Positions 19,897 to 30,600 of a stretch of 64,000 bases of DNA are shown here, piece by piece. The notes under the pieces were generated by a model. The model did no database searches. It was not told the DNA's origin and saw only the letters and a list, made by a program, of their open reading frames with translations. How positions within the stretch are numbered: position 1 is the stretch's first letter; every line of letters begins with the position of its first letter. Origin of the DNA: an uncultured Planctomycetales bacterium (lineage in GTDB: Bacteria > Omnitrophota > Gorgyraeia > Zapsychrales > GWA2-47-8); the NCBI GenBank assembly GCA_964364715.1, contig CAYING010000003.1, forward strand, positions 3,764 through 67,763, given 5' to 3'. Both the position numbers and the translations under genes were made by a program.

Positions 19897-21236
19897 AACC
19901 CTTCCATCCTCCGCTCTATGTCCTTAACAATTTTTTGTATTTCCTTCTCAAAGGAAAATACATTTTTGCACTTCATGGCTCGAGCGCTAACATACGAGGT
20001 CATGTTTGAAATATCTTCTTTAACAGTGATAACCAAACCGCGATAAAACCGGTAACTGCTTAAAAAAGATCCGGCAACAAGCAAAATCAGCCCAAAATAT
20101 GTTATATACTCGCCGGGATTCTTCGCGTATTTTATGCCGGAGGTATACCGGGACTTAATGCCGTCCAGCATGAACCTCAATTTCTCCGGAGTCTCCGTGG
20201 ATCCTGTATGAGGCATCACTCCGCGGAAAACCCACTGCTCCCGAGCCGGCAAAGAAGAATTGGCCGGTGAATAAATCAAAAGATAACCGGCCGGATTCCT
20301 TAATATATGACTTCGGGTTGAAGGCTGGTTATTCTCATCGATAAAAAAATCCGGGATAAAATTTTTAACCTTTAAAGCGATATTCAACTCGGGAACAGCG
20401 ACCAGATTATCAACACCCATCGTCAAAATCTTAACCGGCTGACTTTCATTTTCACGGAAGATGGCAATGCGTAACTCGTCAATATCAAAACTAAATCTCT
20501 GCTGATAAAGCCTAACACCTTCGATTCTTAAGGGGCCATTGACTTTTAATGTGCGCCATTCTATGGGTTTTCCCGGACGGTTGATTCTTAAGCGGCTGGC
20601 ATAATCATCAGTTTTTTCTTTAGCGGCGCTTGGGATAACCGCGAATTTTTCCAGCGTTAATAAAGCGTCCGTCCCCTCCAACGGGATCGTTTCTCCTTCG
20701 CGAATGGAAAAATCATAAAACCTTCCGCCCCCGGCCGTAATTATGCCGGCTAACAACAATACCGCAACAGCCAGATGAACGATATGTGAACCGAAGATAT
20801 TAAATTTTGCTTTTTCATAAAAAAATCTCTCTTCGCCTTGGCCTGGCTCACAATAAGCCGTCTTACGATAACGCCATTGACTTAAGACCTGGTGAATATG
20901 CTCTGTGACAAGCTGTCTATTTTTTTTCTTAAAAGAAAAATTAAAAACTTCTTTCTCCGCTAACGAAGAGAAGAAATTGCGGAAGGATTCCTTATCTTGT
21001 ACAGAAGAAAATATTCTCTTATGGTATTGATAAAATTTGATGAGTCCCGGCCATCGTCTGACCGAACAATACCCCATCATCAAGACGATATAACACAAAT
21101 AGCCCAAAAACAAACGGTTTTGGAAAACCGCTCTGAAGGAAGGAGAAACGCCCAGCAGACTGATCAGTCCGAGAGAAAGGAGCAGGAAGATCGTTAAGGG
21201 GACAGATAGAAAGATCCTATCAAAAAATTTAAGCAT
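19893..21236 (-). CDS. resB: Cytochrome c biogenesis protein ResB
   Basis: GSHIVHL, VNGPLRIEGVRLYQ and SGI...NPG motifs; overlaps ccsA. Confidence 0.85.
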   Translation of the reverse strand: MLKFFDRIFLSVPLTIFLLLSLGLISLLGVSPSFRAVFQNRLFLGYLCYIVLMMGYCSVRRWPGLIKFYQYHKRIFSSVQDKESFRNFFSSLAEKEVFNFSFKKKNRQLVTEHIHQVLSQWRYRKTAYCEPGQGEERFFYEKAKFNIFGSHIVHLAVAVLLLAGIITAGGGRFYDFSIREGETIPLEGTDALLTLEKFAVIPSAAKEKTDDYASRLRINRPGKPIEWRTLKVNGPLRIEGVRLYQQRFSFDIDELRIAIFRENESQPVKILTMGVDNLVAVPELNIALKVKNFIPDFFIDENNQPSTRSHILRNPAGYLLIYSPANSSLPAREQWVFRGVMPHTGSTETPEKLRFMLDGIKSRYTSGIKYAKNPGEYITYFGLILLVAGSFLSSYRFYRGLVITVKEDISNMTSYVSARAMKCKNVFSFEKEIQKIVKDIERRMEGL

Positions 21237-21272
21237 CGAGTTACTATTAAACCATACTTTGTCCCCGATTAA

Positions 21273-23312
21273 TTAAAATTTTCTGTTATAAACGACTTCC
21301 GCGCCTACCCCATGATAATCATCAAAATCGTTATAACCGCCGTAGCCGACGGTCTTTGCATTAAAATTGTAGTATTCAAGACGGGCCGAAATGCTTGCAT
21401 CATCATTTAAACTATGGTTAGCGCTGAGCCAGAGTTTATCAAGGCTATTTCTGATCGTTCCATCAACTTCGTTATGTTGCAACCCAAAACCGGTTGACGT
21501 CTTATTCGTAAATCGATAACTTCCGCCGAGTAAGCCGACATAACGATTGACTTTATAATCAAAAGCCTTACCCCCCTGATAGAAGGTGGAATTGGTGGAA
21601 ATCCCCTCTCCGGGAGTATACAAACCCTGAAGTTCCCCCATCAGCATGAATGTAAGGGTAAATTTATCCGTTAAAAGACCCATCAAATTTCCTGAAATGG
21701 CATTGCGCATCATTTGCATGCCATTTTGACCTTGTTGACGTGCATACCCCAAGTCATTATCTTCATAAATATACTGCAGGCCGCCGTTCCATTTTTTAGT
21801 AATGCTGGCGTTGTAGCCTAAGGTGACTTGATCAATTGTCTGATCCGAACTCCCCATATAACCGGGATAGGATGCCGGCAAATTGTCCCTTACGTTTTCG
21901 TATTTTCTTCTTTTATCGGCATGTTTATACTTCGCCGTTACCTTTGATTTATCATTTAGCCTGGTTGAAAGTAGAAACGTATTAATAATATCGTTGTTCC
22001 GGATATTGGTTTCGCGGTCGATGGTCCTTTCTGCCCCTGTTACCGCATAGTCGCTAACCATTTCGTAACTGCTGATATCGGCCAGCTCGCTCCAATTCAA
22101 CTTTCTTTGTTCCAACTCCAGGGTATAAGACAGGTTGGTCTTTTTTATGCCGGTATAGGCCACAGAGAAAGTTTCCCCATACTGGTATTCCGACTGGTCG
22201 GACTCGGCTTTCCTCACCACAGTCCCCCCTCTAAACCCGTCTCCTTCAGCTTCCGTTTCCGCGTTCTCAAAACGCGTATTAAACCCGATACGGAGGTCTT
22301 TTATCAAACTATCTAAATTCACCAACCCCAAATTAAGGATATTGGCCTTCCGCTCATTACTTGTATCCGGGTTAATGAATTGATTCAAAGTGGTCCCGGA
22401 CGCGGCGACCCCGCCGGATATCGGCCGTAATTCCGTACGGGTCGTCCTGTTCTTTAAATCCTGAAAAAGATAGTTGGTCGCAAGATACGTCTTTTCAGAT
22501 AGAAAACTGTTATAGCTGGCATGCGTTAATGATTCCTGAAATTGCGGCTCATCGTAGTAGTTTCTTTGTTGGTTTAATGCCCCATTGGAATACCGCGAGG
22601 AAAGGATGGCCTGATCATCATGGTAAAGTTCGATCTGCTGTTTGAGGGCCACATTATGTTTTTCATTGATCTGCTTGGAGAGCTGAACAAAAGCCTTGTC
22701 GCTTACGCCATCGACATCCGCCGCGATCACACTGGAGCGCAGCGTGTTCAATCCGGTGAAAGCAACCTCCTCACCGCGCAACAATGTTTCCTGTCCATTA
22801 CGTGACCAGCGGGTATATCCGATGGTCACATCAGGAAGACTATCCAGTTTAATCCCGTATTCCACATCCGTATCAAACCGGTCCGTATAGGTATGATTAT
22901 CTTTCTTTTCAGCCGTTTCCCTTCCAAGCCCATAACTTGCCGGATCCCATGGTTCGTTGGAACCGTCATAATAGCGGCGGGTCAGCCGGGTATTCAGTTT
23001 AAGAAAATAAGAATCTTCTTTTGCTAAATCCAAATTCAATCCATAATCACCATCATAAAGAGCATGAGCTTCAATAGACAAAATGGCATCTTTAATATTG
23101 CCGCTCAGCATTAATTCCTCAAGCCCGCCGGAATAGTTATCGGTGACATAATTATCTTCCCTAAAGCGGCCCTCATCGCCGTCAATGACCATAAAACGGG
23201 AACCGATCTTGAAGGAATCCAAGGTCAAAGATGATTTTGCGTGGGCGACATCCCAAGACAAAAATACCGCCATACAAAGGAACAAATAGTGTAATATTAT
23301 TTTTCTATACAT
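21273..23312 (-). CDS. Large outer-membrane beta-barrel, MtrB/PioB-like porin partner
   Basis: 679 aa; signal peptide; amphipathic beta-strands; terminal YNRKF; directly downstream of the MtrA-like gene; early GDEGRFRE motif. Confidence 0.72.
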   Translation of the reverse strand: MYRKIILHYLFLCMAVFLSWDVAHAKSSLTLDSFKIGSRFMVIDGDEGRFREDNYVTDNYSGGLEELMLSGNIKDAILSIEAHALYDGDYGLNLDLAKEDSYFLKLNTRLTRRYYDGSNEPWDPASYGLGRETAEKKDNHTYTDRFDTDVEYGIKLDSLPDVTIGYTRWSRNGQETLLRGEEVAFTGLNTLRSSVIAADVDGVSDKAFVQLSKQINEKHNVALKQQIELYHDDQAILSSRYSNGALNQQRNYYDEPQFQESLTHASYNSFLSEKTYLATNYLFQDLKNRTTRTELRPISGGVAASGTTLNQFINPDTSNERKANILNLGLVNLDSLIKDLRIGFNTRFENAETEAEGDGFRGGTVVRKAESDQSEYQYGETFSVAYTGIKKTNLSYTLELEQRKLNWSELADISSYEMVSDYAVTGAERTIDRETNIRNNDIINTFLLSTRLNDKSKVTAKYKHADKRRKYENVRDNLPASYPGYMGSSDQTIDQVTLGYNASITKKWNGGLQYIYEDNDLGYARQQGQNGMQMMRNAISGNLMGLLTDKFTLTFMLMGELQGLYTPGEGISTNSTFYQGGKAFDYKVNRYVGLLGGSYRFTNKTSTGFGLQHNEVDGTIRNSLDKLWLSANHSLNDDASISARLEYYNFNAKTVGYGGYNDFDDYHGVGAEVVYNRKF

Positions 23313-23327
23313 GTTGCCCCCCTTCGT

Positions 23328-24149
23328 CTATCGATTAAGCGTTTTCCAAATATTTGAGCCATGCACGGCCCGGTGGTGGTCAATACATTCCTGACCCTTC
23401 CCAATATAATAATCTCCGCCTGATCCTGCTTTCGTACCATGCTGAATAGCGCCGATAGTGCCGGTTGACGTATTAAAAGAAGGTTCCCAGTGGCAACGCA
23501 GACACAAATTCGCCTGATCCGCGACCAGCATCTTATCGTAAACAGCGCCATGCGGGTTATGGCACGTCTGACATCCTTCACGCATAACGTCGTGTTCAAA
23601 CACAAACGGCCCCTTCATTTCCTTATGACATTTAAAGCACGATTGATCGGATTTCTGAAGAGAGACCGTATTCATCGTTTCAAGTTCCGTCCCATGAGGG
23701 TTGTGGCAGTCTGTACACTTCATGCGTCCCTCCACCACCGGATGATGGTACTGTAAAAGAAATTCTCCTTTTTTATCCATATGGCAACTGAAGCAATTCT
23801 CCGGATCATAGCGGACAATATCTTTTTTGCTTTGACTCTCCGCGTGTTTACTTCCCGCTCCGTGACAACTTTCACAACCTCCGCCCAAAACATCCTCCTT
23901 CTCCCCGAGAACTCGATAGTGAGAAGTTAAAGAAAACCGTTGAGCTTGTTCCTCATGACACGTGGCACAGGTCTCGGTGCCGACATACGTTGCCCCCTTG
24001 ATCGCCGGAGGCATAATCCCCTCACCCGAGAAAGAATTCTTCAAAAATACCGGGGCAAATAAAAACAAAGCGGTCAACAGACAAAGAGAAACTATTGCCA
24101 TCCGCTTGTGATGAGACCGCCCCGTTCCTGATTGAATCGTTTTGTCCAT
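23328..24149 (-). CDS. MtrA/DmsE-family periplasmic multiheme cytochrome c (7 CXXCH plus CIDHH)
   Basis: YVG..TCATCH, CESCHGAGS.H, HHPV.EG.M.CTDCHNPHG, KGPFVFEH, CQTCHNPHG and terminal VHGSN. Confidence 0.88.
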   Translation of the reverse strand: MDKTIQSGTGRSHHKRMAIVSLCLLTALFLFAPVFLKNSFSGEGIMPPAIKGATYVGTETCATCHEEQAQRFSLTSHYRVLGEKEDVLGGGCESCHGAGSKHAESQSKKDIVRYDPENCFSCHMDKKGEFLLQYHHPVVEGRMKCTDCHNPHGTELETMNTVSLQKSDQSCFKCHKEMKGPFVFEHDVMREGCQTCHNPHGAVYDKMLVADQANLCLRCHWEPSFNTSTGTIGAIQHGTKAGSGGDYYIGKGQECIDHHRAVHGSNIWKTLNR

Positions 24150-24184
24150 ATTGACCCCCTTGTTCGCTTCCTATAAAAAGTTGC

Positions 24185-25222
24185 TTAGACTCCGACTTCC
24201 TCCATCGTGCTGATCTTTGCCAATTTCCCGTAAAATGCCGCGATCTTCTCTTGAATCATCGCTTCCACCTGCTTCACACATAACGAACGCTGCTGAACAC
24301 TCCCCTCAACGACCTTATCCAAATCATCGATCTCCTTTAAAATAACATTGGGGACATCCGCGACAGCCGGATCGATATTCCGCGGAATGGAAATATCGAT
24401 GCACAACAACTTTTTTTCACGGCAGGACATGATCTGCGCGATCAAATCCTTTTCAATCAGATAATGCGCACAGCTGGCCGAACAAATACACACATCCGCC
24501 TGTTCCAAGATTTCTTTGATCTGCCAGAACCCGGCGGCAACCCCGCCGTATTGCCGGGCTAGATCTTCGGCTTTTTCCTGGCTTCGGTTCATGACAAAAA
24601 TCTTTCCGATGCCCTTTTGCTGAAACTGACTGGCCGCCAATTTTCCCATCTTCCCGGCGCCCAGGATCAAAACGGATTTATCATTTAATTGACCCAAAAT
24701 ATTTTCCGCCATTTTTATGGCCGCCCAGCTGATCGAAGAACCGCCGGCATCGATCTCTGTTTCAGCCCTGGCCTTCTTCCCGATCCGGATGGCAAGGTTG
24801 GTCAGGATATTGAACTGTTTGCCCAGCATCCCTGCCGTGCGGCTCAATTCCGTCGCGACCTTCACCTGTCCCAAGATCTGTTTTTCGCCCAGGATAAGAG
24901 AATCCAGCCCGGTGGAAACAGAAAAAAGATGCCGAATGGCATCTTTCTCTTTTTTTACATAAAAATATTTCATAAGGTCATCGGAAAAATGGAGGTCCTT
25001 AATCTTAAAAAGCGACTTAACCAGAAGCGCCGGATCATCATCCAGAAGATGCGCGTAGATCTCAGTGCGGTTGCAGGTCGACAAGATCAGCGCTTCCACG
25101 ACCGAAGACTCGTTCTTTAAATGGGAAAGCAATAATTCTCTCTCAACGGTCCTCAAAAAGAATTTTTCTCTTATTTCAACCGGGCACTTTTTATGGCTGA
25201 CGCCGACAACGCACAGATGCAT
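24185..25222 (-). CDS. hemA: Glutamyl-tRNA reductase
   Basis: GVSHK..PVEIRE, LSTCNRTEIY, GLDSLILGEKQILGQVK, GAGKMG and DISIPRNID motifs. Confidence 0.95.
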   Translation of the reverse strand: MHLCVVGVSHKKCPVEIREKFFLRTVERELLLSHLKNESSVVEALILSTCNRTEIYAHLLDDDPALLVKSLFKIKDLHFSDDLMKYFYVKKEKDAIRHLFSVSTGLDSLILGEKQILGQVKVATELSRTAGMLGKQFNILTNLAIRIGKKARAETEIDAGGSSISWAAIKMAENILGQLNDKSVLILGAGKMGKLAASQFQQKGIGKIFVMNRSQEKAEDLARQYGGVAAGFWQIKEILEQADVCICSASCAHYLIEKDLIAQIMSCREKKLLCIDISIPRNIDPAVADVPNVILKEIDDLDKVVEGSVQQRSLCVKQVEAMIQEKIAAFYGKLAKISTMEEVGV

Positions 25223-25249
25223 TCTTCCCTCTCCTAGGTTCAATTAGGT

Positions 25250-25771
25250 TCAATGGTGAACGCTTAACTTCGAAATCAGGACATCCTGCTCTTCCGCCTT
25301 CAACCGGCGCATCATCTTGTAAATATTCTGCCCCTCGACTTGCAGATGATTGCGGACCAAACACACCAGATAGATCCCGTGGTCCCTCAATTTGGCGGCC
25401 AATTTTTGCTCTCCGGTGTCGGTCTTGGCCTTCTCAGCTTTTAAAAATAGCACTTCCAGCGCCTTAAATTCTTCTCTGATCTCAGCATGTTCCCCCTTAA
25501 AATACTCGAGAATCGGCTCATACTTAGGGATATGCTTTTGAAAAAACGGGAAAAGTTTATCGTCGTCAAACTTCATATGCGGGAAGAGATCCTTCTTTAT
25601 CGACCGTACGCTGCGGAATACATTCCGGATATTGCGCCGCACAAAGATCTTCCCTTCGTATTGAAGGTTGTTGAGCGCTGCGTAAAGTTTATTGACCTCT
25701 TTAAGCATTTCGGAATGTTCCGACTCTAAGCCCTGGATGGCTTTTTCTATCCTTGGATTCCGGCTGACCAT
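25250..25771 (-). CDS. Hemerythrin-like (HHE cation-binding) protein, copy 1
   Basis: SEH, HMKFDD.KLFP, GEH and NHLQVE ligand pattern. Confidence 0.75.
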   Translation of the reverse strand: MVSRNPRIEKAIQGLESEHSEMLKEVNKLYAALNNLQYEGKIFVRRNIRNVFRSVRSIKKDLFPHMKFDDDKLFPFFQKHIPKYEPILEYFKGEHAEIREEFKALEVLFLKAEKAKTDTGEQKLAAKLRDHGIYLVCLVRNHLQVEGQNIYKMMRRLKAEEQDVLISKLSVHH

Positions 25772-25814
25772 AGAATTCTTTTAATTTTATTCTACTCAAA
25801 CCGGAGCTTTTGTC

Positions 25815-25830
25815 TGTGACTGCGGTCACA
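25815..25830. promoter_or_regulatory. CRP-type operator TGTGA-N6-TCACA at class II activator position
   Basis: TGTGACTGCGGTCACA has perfect half-sites; a TAGAAT -10 box lies 20 nt downstream on the minus strand. Confidence 0.85.
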
Positions 25831-25840
25831 AAGGCCTTAA

Positions 25841-26506
25841 CTATTTCAAAAGCTGTTTTTCCAGCGCCTCTTTATCGCATATAAGGATGCGCGGGGGCTT
25901 CAGGTCTACCAATGCCTTATCTTTAAGTTTTTTAAGATGCCGGGTGACTGTTTCACGAACCAAACCCAACCTTTGAGCGATCTCTTCGTGGGTAAATGAA
26001 ATACCGGGAACTGACTCGCTCATATTGAGCAGGAATTTGATCAAGCGTTTTTCCGGGGCATCCAAGGACACCTCTTCCACCAAAGAACTCATCCGGCATA
26101 AACGCTGGGCAAAAATGCGGGTTAAGGCTTGAGCCAGTGTGGAATTGCTTTTGACCATTTGCACATATTGGCTGCGGCTCACGATCCCCAGCTCGCAATC
26201 CGACATCGCCTGGGCCGATGAAGAACAGCTCCACTGCGTCGCGCCGGGGTTGCAGGCGCAGGTATCGCCGGACCCGAGGATCTCCAGGATCTGTTCCCGG
26301 CCATTGAGAGAAGTCCGGAATATTTTGACCCGCCCGGATAAGACAAAAAATATCTCCCGGCAGGATTCTCCGGCGGTCGAAATGACCTTATTTTTTTCAA
26401 AAATTTTTCGGATAATAGTGGGGGCGATCGCCTGCTTTTCCTTGAGCGACAAGTCGCGGAACAGTGATATGTTTTGGATCATATCTGGAGTAATGCGTGA
26501 CGACAT
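25841..26506 (-). CDS. Crp/Fnr-family transcriptional regulator, Cys-rich, copy 1
   Basis: SGRVKI...GREQIL effector domain containing GDTCACNPG...WSC; HTH THEEIAQRLGLVRETVTR. Confidence 0.92.
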   Translation of the reverse strand: MSSRITPDMIQNISLFRDLSLKEKQAIAPTIIRKIFEKNKVISTAGESCREIFFVLSGRVKIFRTSLNGREQILEILGSGDTCACNPGATQWSCSSSAQAMSDCELGIVSRSQYVQMVKSNSTLAQALTRIFAQRLCRMSSLVEEVSLDAPEKRLIKFLLNMSESVPGISFTHEEIAQRLGLVRETVTRHLKKLKDKALVDLKPPRILICDKEALEKQLLK

Positions 26507-26640
26507 TATTATGCAGTCCTCATTTAATATATATCTTACTGTATTCCTTTTTAATGGCAAATGAATTGAGAACTAATTTAAATCCTCTTCTGCTGCACTG
26601 GAACTTGAATACGCCAAACCACAGGAATATTATTAATCTA

Positions 26641-27639
26641 TTACAAAATAGTTCGGTAAGTCTTCAAAGCCCGCATATAATACGCCCGCTCAAATGACCC
26701 CGGGCTGGCGCAAGATTTCTGGCTCATACTCCCCTGCATCTGAGCAACGGAATCGTATTCGTGCTCTTCCATCCATTGCTCCAGTTCCTTTAAGATGGAA
26801 CGGAGTTCACTGATCCCATTTTTCAATAAAATAGAGCACATCATGGCCACATCCGCTCCGACCATCAGCATTTTAATAACATCGGCCGCCGAATGGACCC
26901 CGCTGGTCGCCGCCAAGCTTGCCTTGATCTGTTTGTGAAGGATCGCGATCCAGCGCAGCGGAAGCCGCATGGCCTGCGGCGTACTCAAAAGAATATTGGG
27001 CAAGATCTCTAAATTATCCAAATCTATATCCGGCTGGTAAAACCGGTTGAACAGGACCAGGGCATCGGCTCCGGCGTCGTCAAGGCGTTTGGCCATATTG
27101 GCCATGGAGCTGAAAAACGGCCCGATCTTTACGGCGACCGGGATCTTCACGTTCGATTTTACCGACTTAAGGATGTTTAAATATTTCTCTTCAACTTCGG
27201 CTGAACCGACGTTAATGTCGGTGGGAATAAAATAAATATTCAACTCCAAGGCATCCGCCCCCGCCTGCTCGATGAGCTTGGCGTAACGCGTCCATCCTCC
27301 GTCGGAATAACCGTTCAGGCTGGCGATCACGGGGATGCCGACCGATCTTTTCGCCTTAGCGATATGGTCCAGATATTCTTCCGGCCCGATGATCAGATCA
27401 GCCGGTTCAGGAAAATAGGTCAAGGACTCCGCGAAACTATCCGTCCCCTGAATGGAATAATTATAGAGTTCATACGTTTCACGCGTGATCTGCTCCTCAA
27501 AAATGGATTCATTAACGATCGCGGCGGCCCCCGCGTCTTCCAATTTTTTGAAATTATCCAGATTCTTCGTCAGCGGTGAGGCCGAGACCACCAGCGGATT
27601 TTTTAATTTCATTCCCATATAGCGTGTTGTAAGGTCCAT
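26641..27639 (-). CDS. Dihydroorotate dehydrogenase-like flavoprotein (nifJ-associated family)
   Basis: LKNPLVVSASP, ADALELNIY, PVAVK, LVLFNRFYQPDID and LPLRWIAIL motifs. Confidence 0.88.
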   Translation of the reverse strand: MDLTTRYMGMKLKNPLVVSASPLTKNLDNFKKLEDAGAAAIVNESIFEEQITRETYELYNYSIQGTDSFAESLTYFPEPADLIIGPEEYLDHIAKAKRSVGIPVIASLNGYSDGGWTRYAKLIEQAGADALELNIYFIPTDINVGSAEVEEKYLNILKSVKSNVKIPVAVKIGPFFSSMANMAKRLDDAGADALVLFNRFYQPDIDLDNLEILPNILLSTPQAMRLPLRWIAILHKQIKASLAATSGVHSAADVIKMLMVGADVAMMCSILLKNGISELRSILKELEQWMEEHEYDSVAQMQGSMSQKSCASPGSFERAYYMRALKTYRTIL

Positions 27640-27669
27640 ACTTCCTCCCTGCCCCGCCTGTGGCGGGGC

Positions 27670-30600
27670 TCAAACTTTTGATTGCTCTGCCGGCGCGGGG
27701 GCATCATGGGTTTCCGCGGCCATCGCTTGATAGACCGCCCATCGGTCAAATATATCGTCCTGCGCCAGTGCCATCAATTGCTTGGCTCTCTCGGGATGGG
27801 TTTTAGCCAGCATCCGGAAACGGTTCTGCCGGTCGGCATATTCTTTGAACGGGATCTTCGGCGACTCTGAATCCAGGATCAGCGGATTCTTTCCTTGCTG
27901 GGCAAGCTCAGGGTTATAGCGGAACAACGGCCAATATCCGCTTAAGACAGCCGCTTTATGGTCCTGAAGGGCTTGCGTCATATTGATCCCGTGGGCGATG
28001 CAGTGAGAATAGGCGATGATCAGGGATGTGCCCTCGTAACGTTCAGCCTCGAGAAAGACTTTTAAAGTGTGTTCATCCTTGGCCCCGAAGGCGACCGCGG
28101 CCACATAAACATTCCCGTAGGTCATGGCAATGCGCGCCAGGTCTTTTTTAGGAGATGATTTTCCCGATGAAGCAAATTTGGCCACCGCGGAACGGGGAGT
28201 GGCCTTCGATGATTGCCCGCCGGTGTTGGAATAGACTTCCGTGTCCAAAACCAAAATATTGACATTGCGCCCGGCCGCCATCACATGGTCAAGCCCGCCG
28301 AAGCCGATGTCATACGCCCACCCGTCGCCGCCGATGATCCATACGCTCTTTTTAACCAATGTGTCGGCGAGGCTCATAAGCTGCGCGGCTTCGGGAGATC
28401 TTATTTTTCTGATCTTTTCTTTAAGGATCTCGACGCGCTTACGCTGTTCAAAAATATCCGCCTCATCTTTTTGCGGTGATCCCAGGATCGCCTGGATCAA
28501 TTCCGTGCCGATGTGCGATTCCATACCTTTAAGCAACTCTCCCGCGAATTGCTGCTGTTTATCCAAAGCAAGACGGAAGCCAAAACCGAATTCGGCATTG
28601 TCCTCAAACAAAGAATTCGACCAGGACGGCCCCCGCCCTTCTTTATTTTTTGTCCATGGGGTCGTGGGTAAATTCCCGCCGTAAATGGACGAGCATCCGG
28701 TCGCGTTGGCGATCATGGCCCGGTCACCGAAGAGCTGGCTCATTAATTTCAGATAAGGCGTCTCCCCGCAGCCGGAACACGCGCCGGAGAATTCAAATAA
28801 AGGCTCTAAGACCTGGACGCCGCGGACCGAATTCTGTTTGACCTGCGAACGGTCCATTTCCGGAAGATTTAAAAAGAAATCCCAATTTTGTTTTTCCGCT
28901 TCTTTTAACGGCGGCTGGGGATTCATGTTGAGAGCTTTTAATCTTGTTTCGGATTTATTCTTGACCGGACAAACCTCGACGCACAAACTGCATCCGGTAC
29001 AATCTTCCGGCGCCGCCTGGATCGTATAGGCCTTCCCCTGAAATTCACGGTCACGGGCGGCAACAGTTTTAAAAGTCTTCGGCGCCTCCGCGGCCAAGCC
29101 GGTTTCATAAACTTTAGAGCGGATAACCGAATGCGGGCAGACAAAAACACACTTTCCGCATTGGATGCATATGCTCTCATCCCAGACCGGGATCTCCAGA
29201 GTGATATTGCGTTTTTCATATTTTGCCGTCCCGACCGGATAAGTCCCATCCGCCGGCAAAACGCTCGTCGGGATCTGATCACCGCAGCCGACCATAATCC
29301 GGGCGGTCAATTTCTTGACGAATTCCGGCGCGGACGGTGATACCGCCGCCGGCTTCTCAATTGTGCTCGTGGCCTTTTGCGGGACTTCGATCTTATGCAG
29401 ATGAGCCAAGGCGTGATCGACCGCGTCATAATTCATCCGCACGATCTCCTCGCCTTTTTTGCTGTATGTTTTTTCGATATATTTCTTAATGGCATTGATC
29501 GCTTCTTCCTTAGGAAGGATCCCGGAGATGGCAAAGAAACATGTCTGCATAATGGTATTGATCCGTCCGGCCATACCGGATTCATACGCCACTTTATATC
29601 CGTCAATAACATAAAATCGGCATTTCTTGTCGATGATCTGCTGCTGGACATCGCGCGGAAGTTTATCCCAGGTCTTATCCGCTGCGATAGGGCTGTTGAG
29701 CAAAAATACCCCGCCTTCATCCAGCTTCTCGAGGACATCGTATTTTTCCAGGAATCCAAAAGCATGGCATCCCACAAAGTTAGCCCGGCTCACCAGATAA
29801 GAAGAATGGATCTGTTTAGGCCCAAAACGTAAATGCGAAACCGTGATCGACCCGGATTTCTTTGAATCATAAACAAAATACCCTTGCGTGAAATAATCGG
29901 TATTCTCGCCGATGATCTTGATGGTGCTTCTATTGGCGCTGACCGTTCCATCCGAGCCGAGCCCGTAAAAAATAGCCCTGACTCCCGTCGGGCTTTCGAT
30001 CGTAAAATCCTCATCATAGTCAAGGCTGGTCTGGGACAGGTCATCATTAATACCAACGGTAAAATGATTCTTCGGCTGCTTCTTGGCCGTCTCATCATAA
30101 ACCGCCTTGATCATCGCCGGCGTAAATTCCTTGGACGATAAGCCGTACCGCCCGCCGATGACAACCGGCAATTTCTTGAATTTACCGCTGCCGGCCTCAT
30201 AGAGCGCGCCGATCACGTCGAGATAAAGCGGTTCACCGACGCCGCCCGGTTCTTTCGTGCGGTCCAGGACAGCTAACACCTCTACGCTGGAAGGCAACTC
30301 CTGGATAAAATCCTTAATCGAAAATGGACGGAAAAGCCTGATCTTCAACAAACCCACCTTCTCGCCTTTAGCGGTCAATTTGTCGACGGTATCCTGCGCC
30401 GCCTCCGCGCCCGAACCCATGATCACAATGACCCGTTGAGCATCCTGCGGCCCATAATAATCAAATAATTTATATTTCCTCCCGGTCAATTGAAAAAATT
30501 TGTCCATCGACTTCTGGATGATCCCTGGGCAAACGGCATAATACGGATTGACCGTTTCGCGGGATTGAAAATAAACATCGGGATTTTGCGCGGTCCCGCG

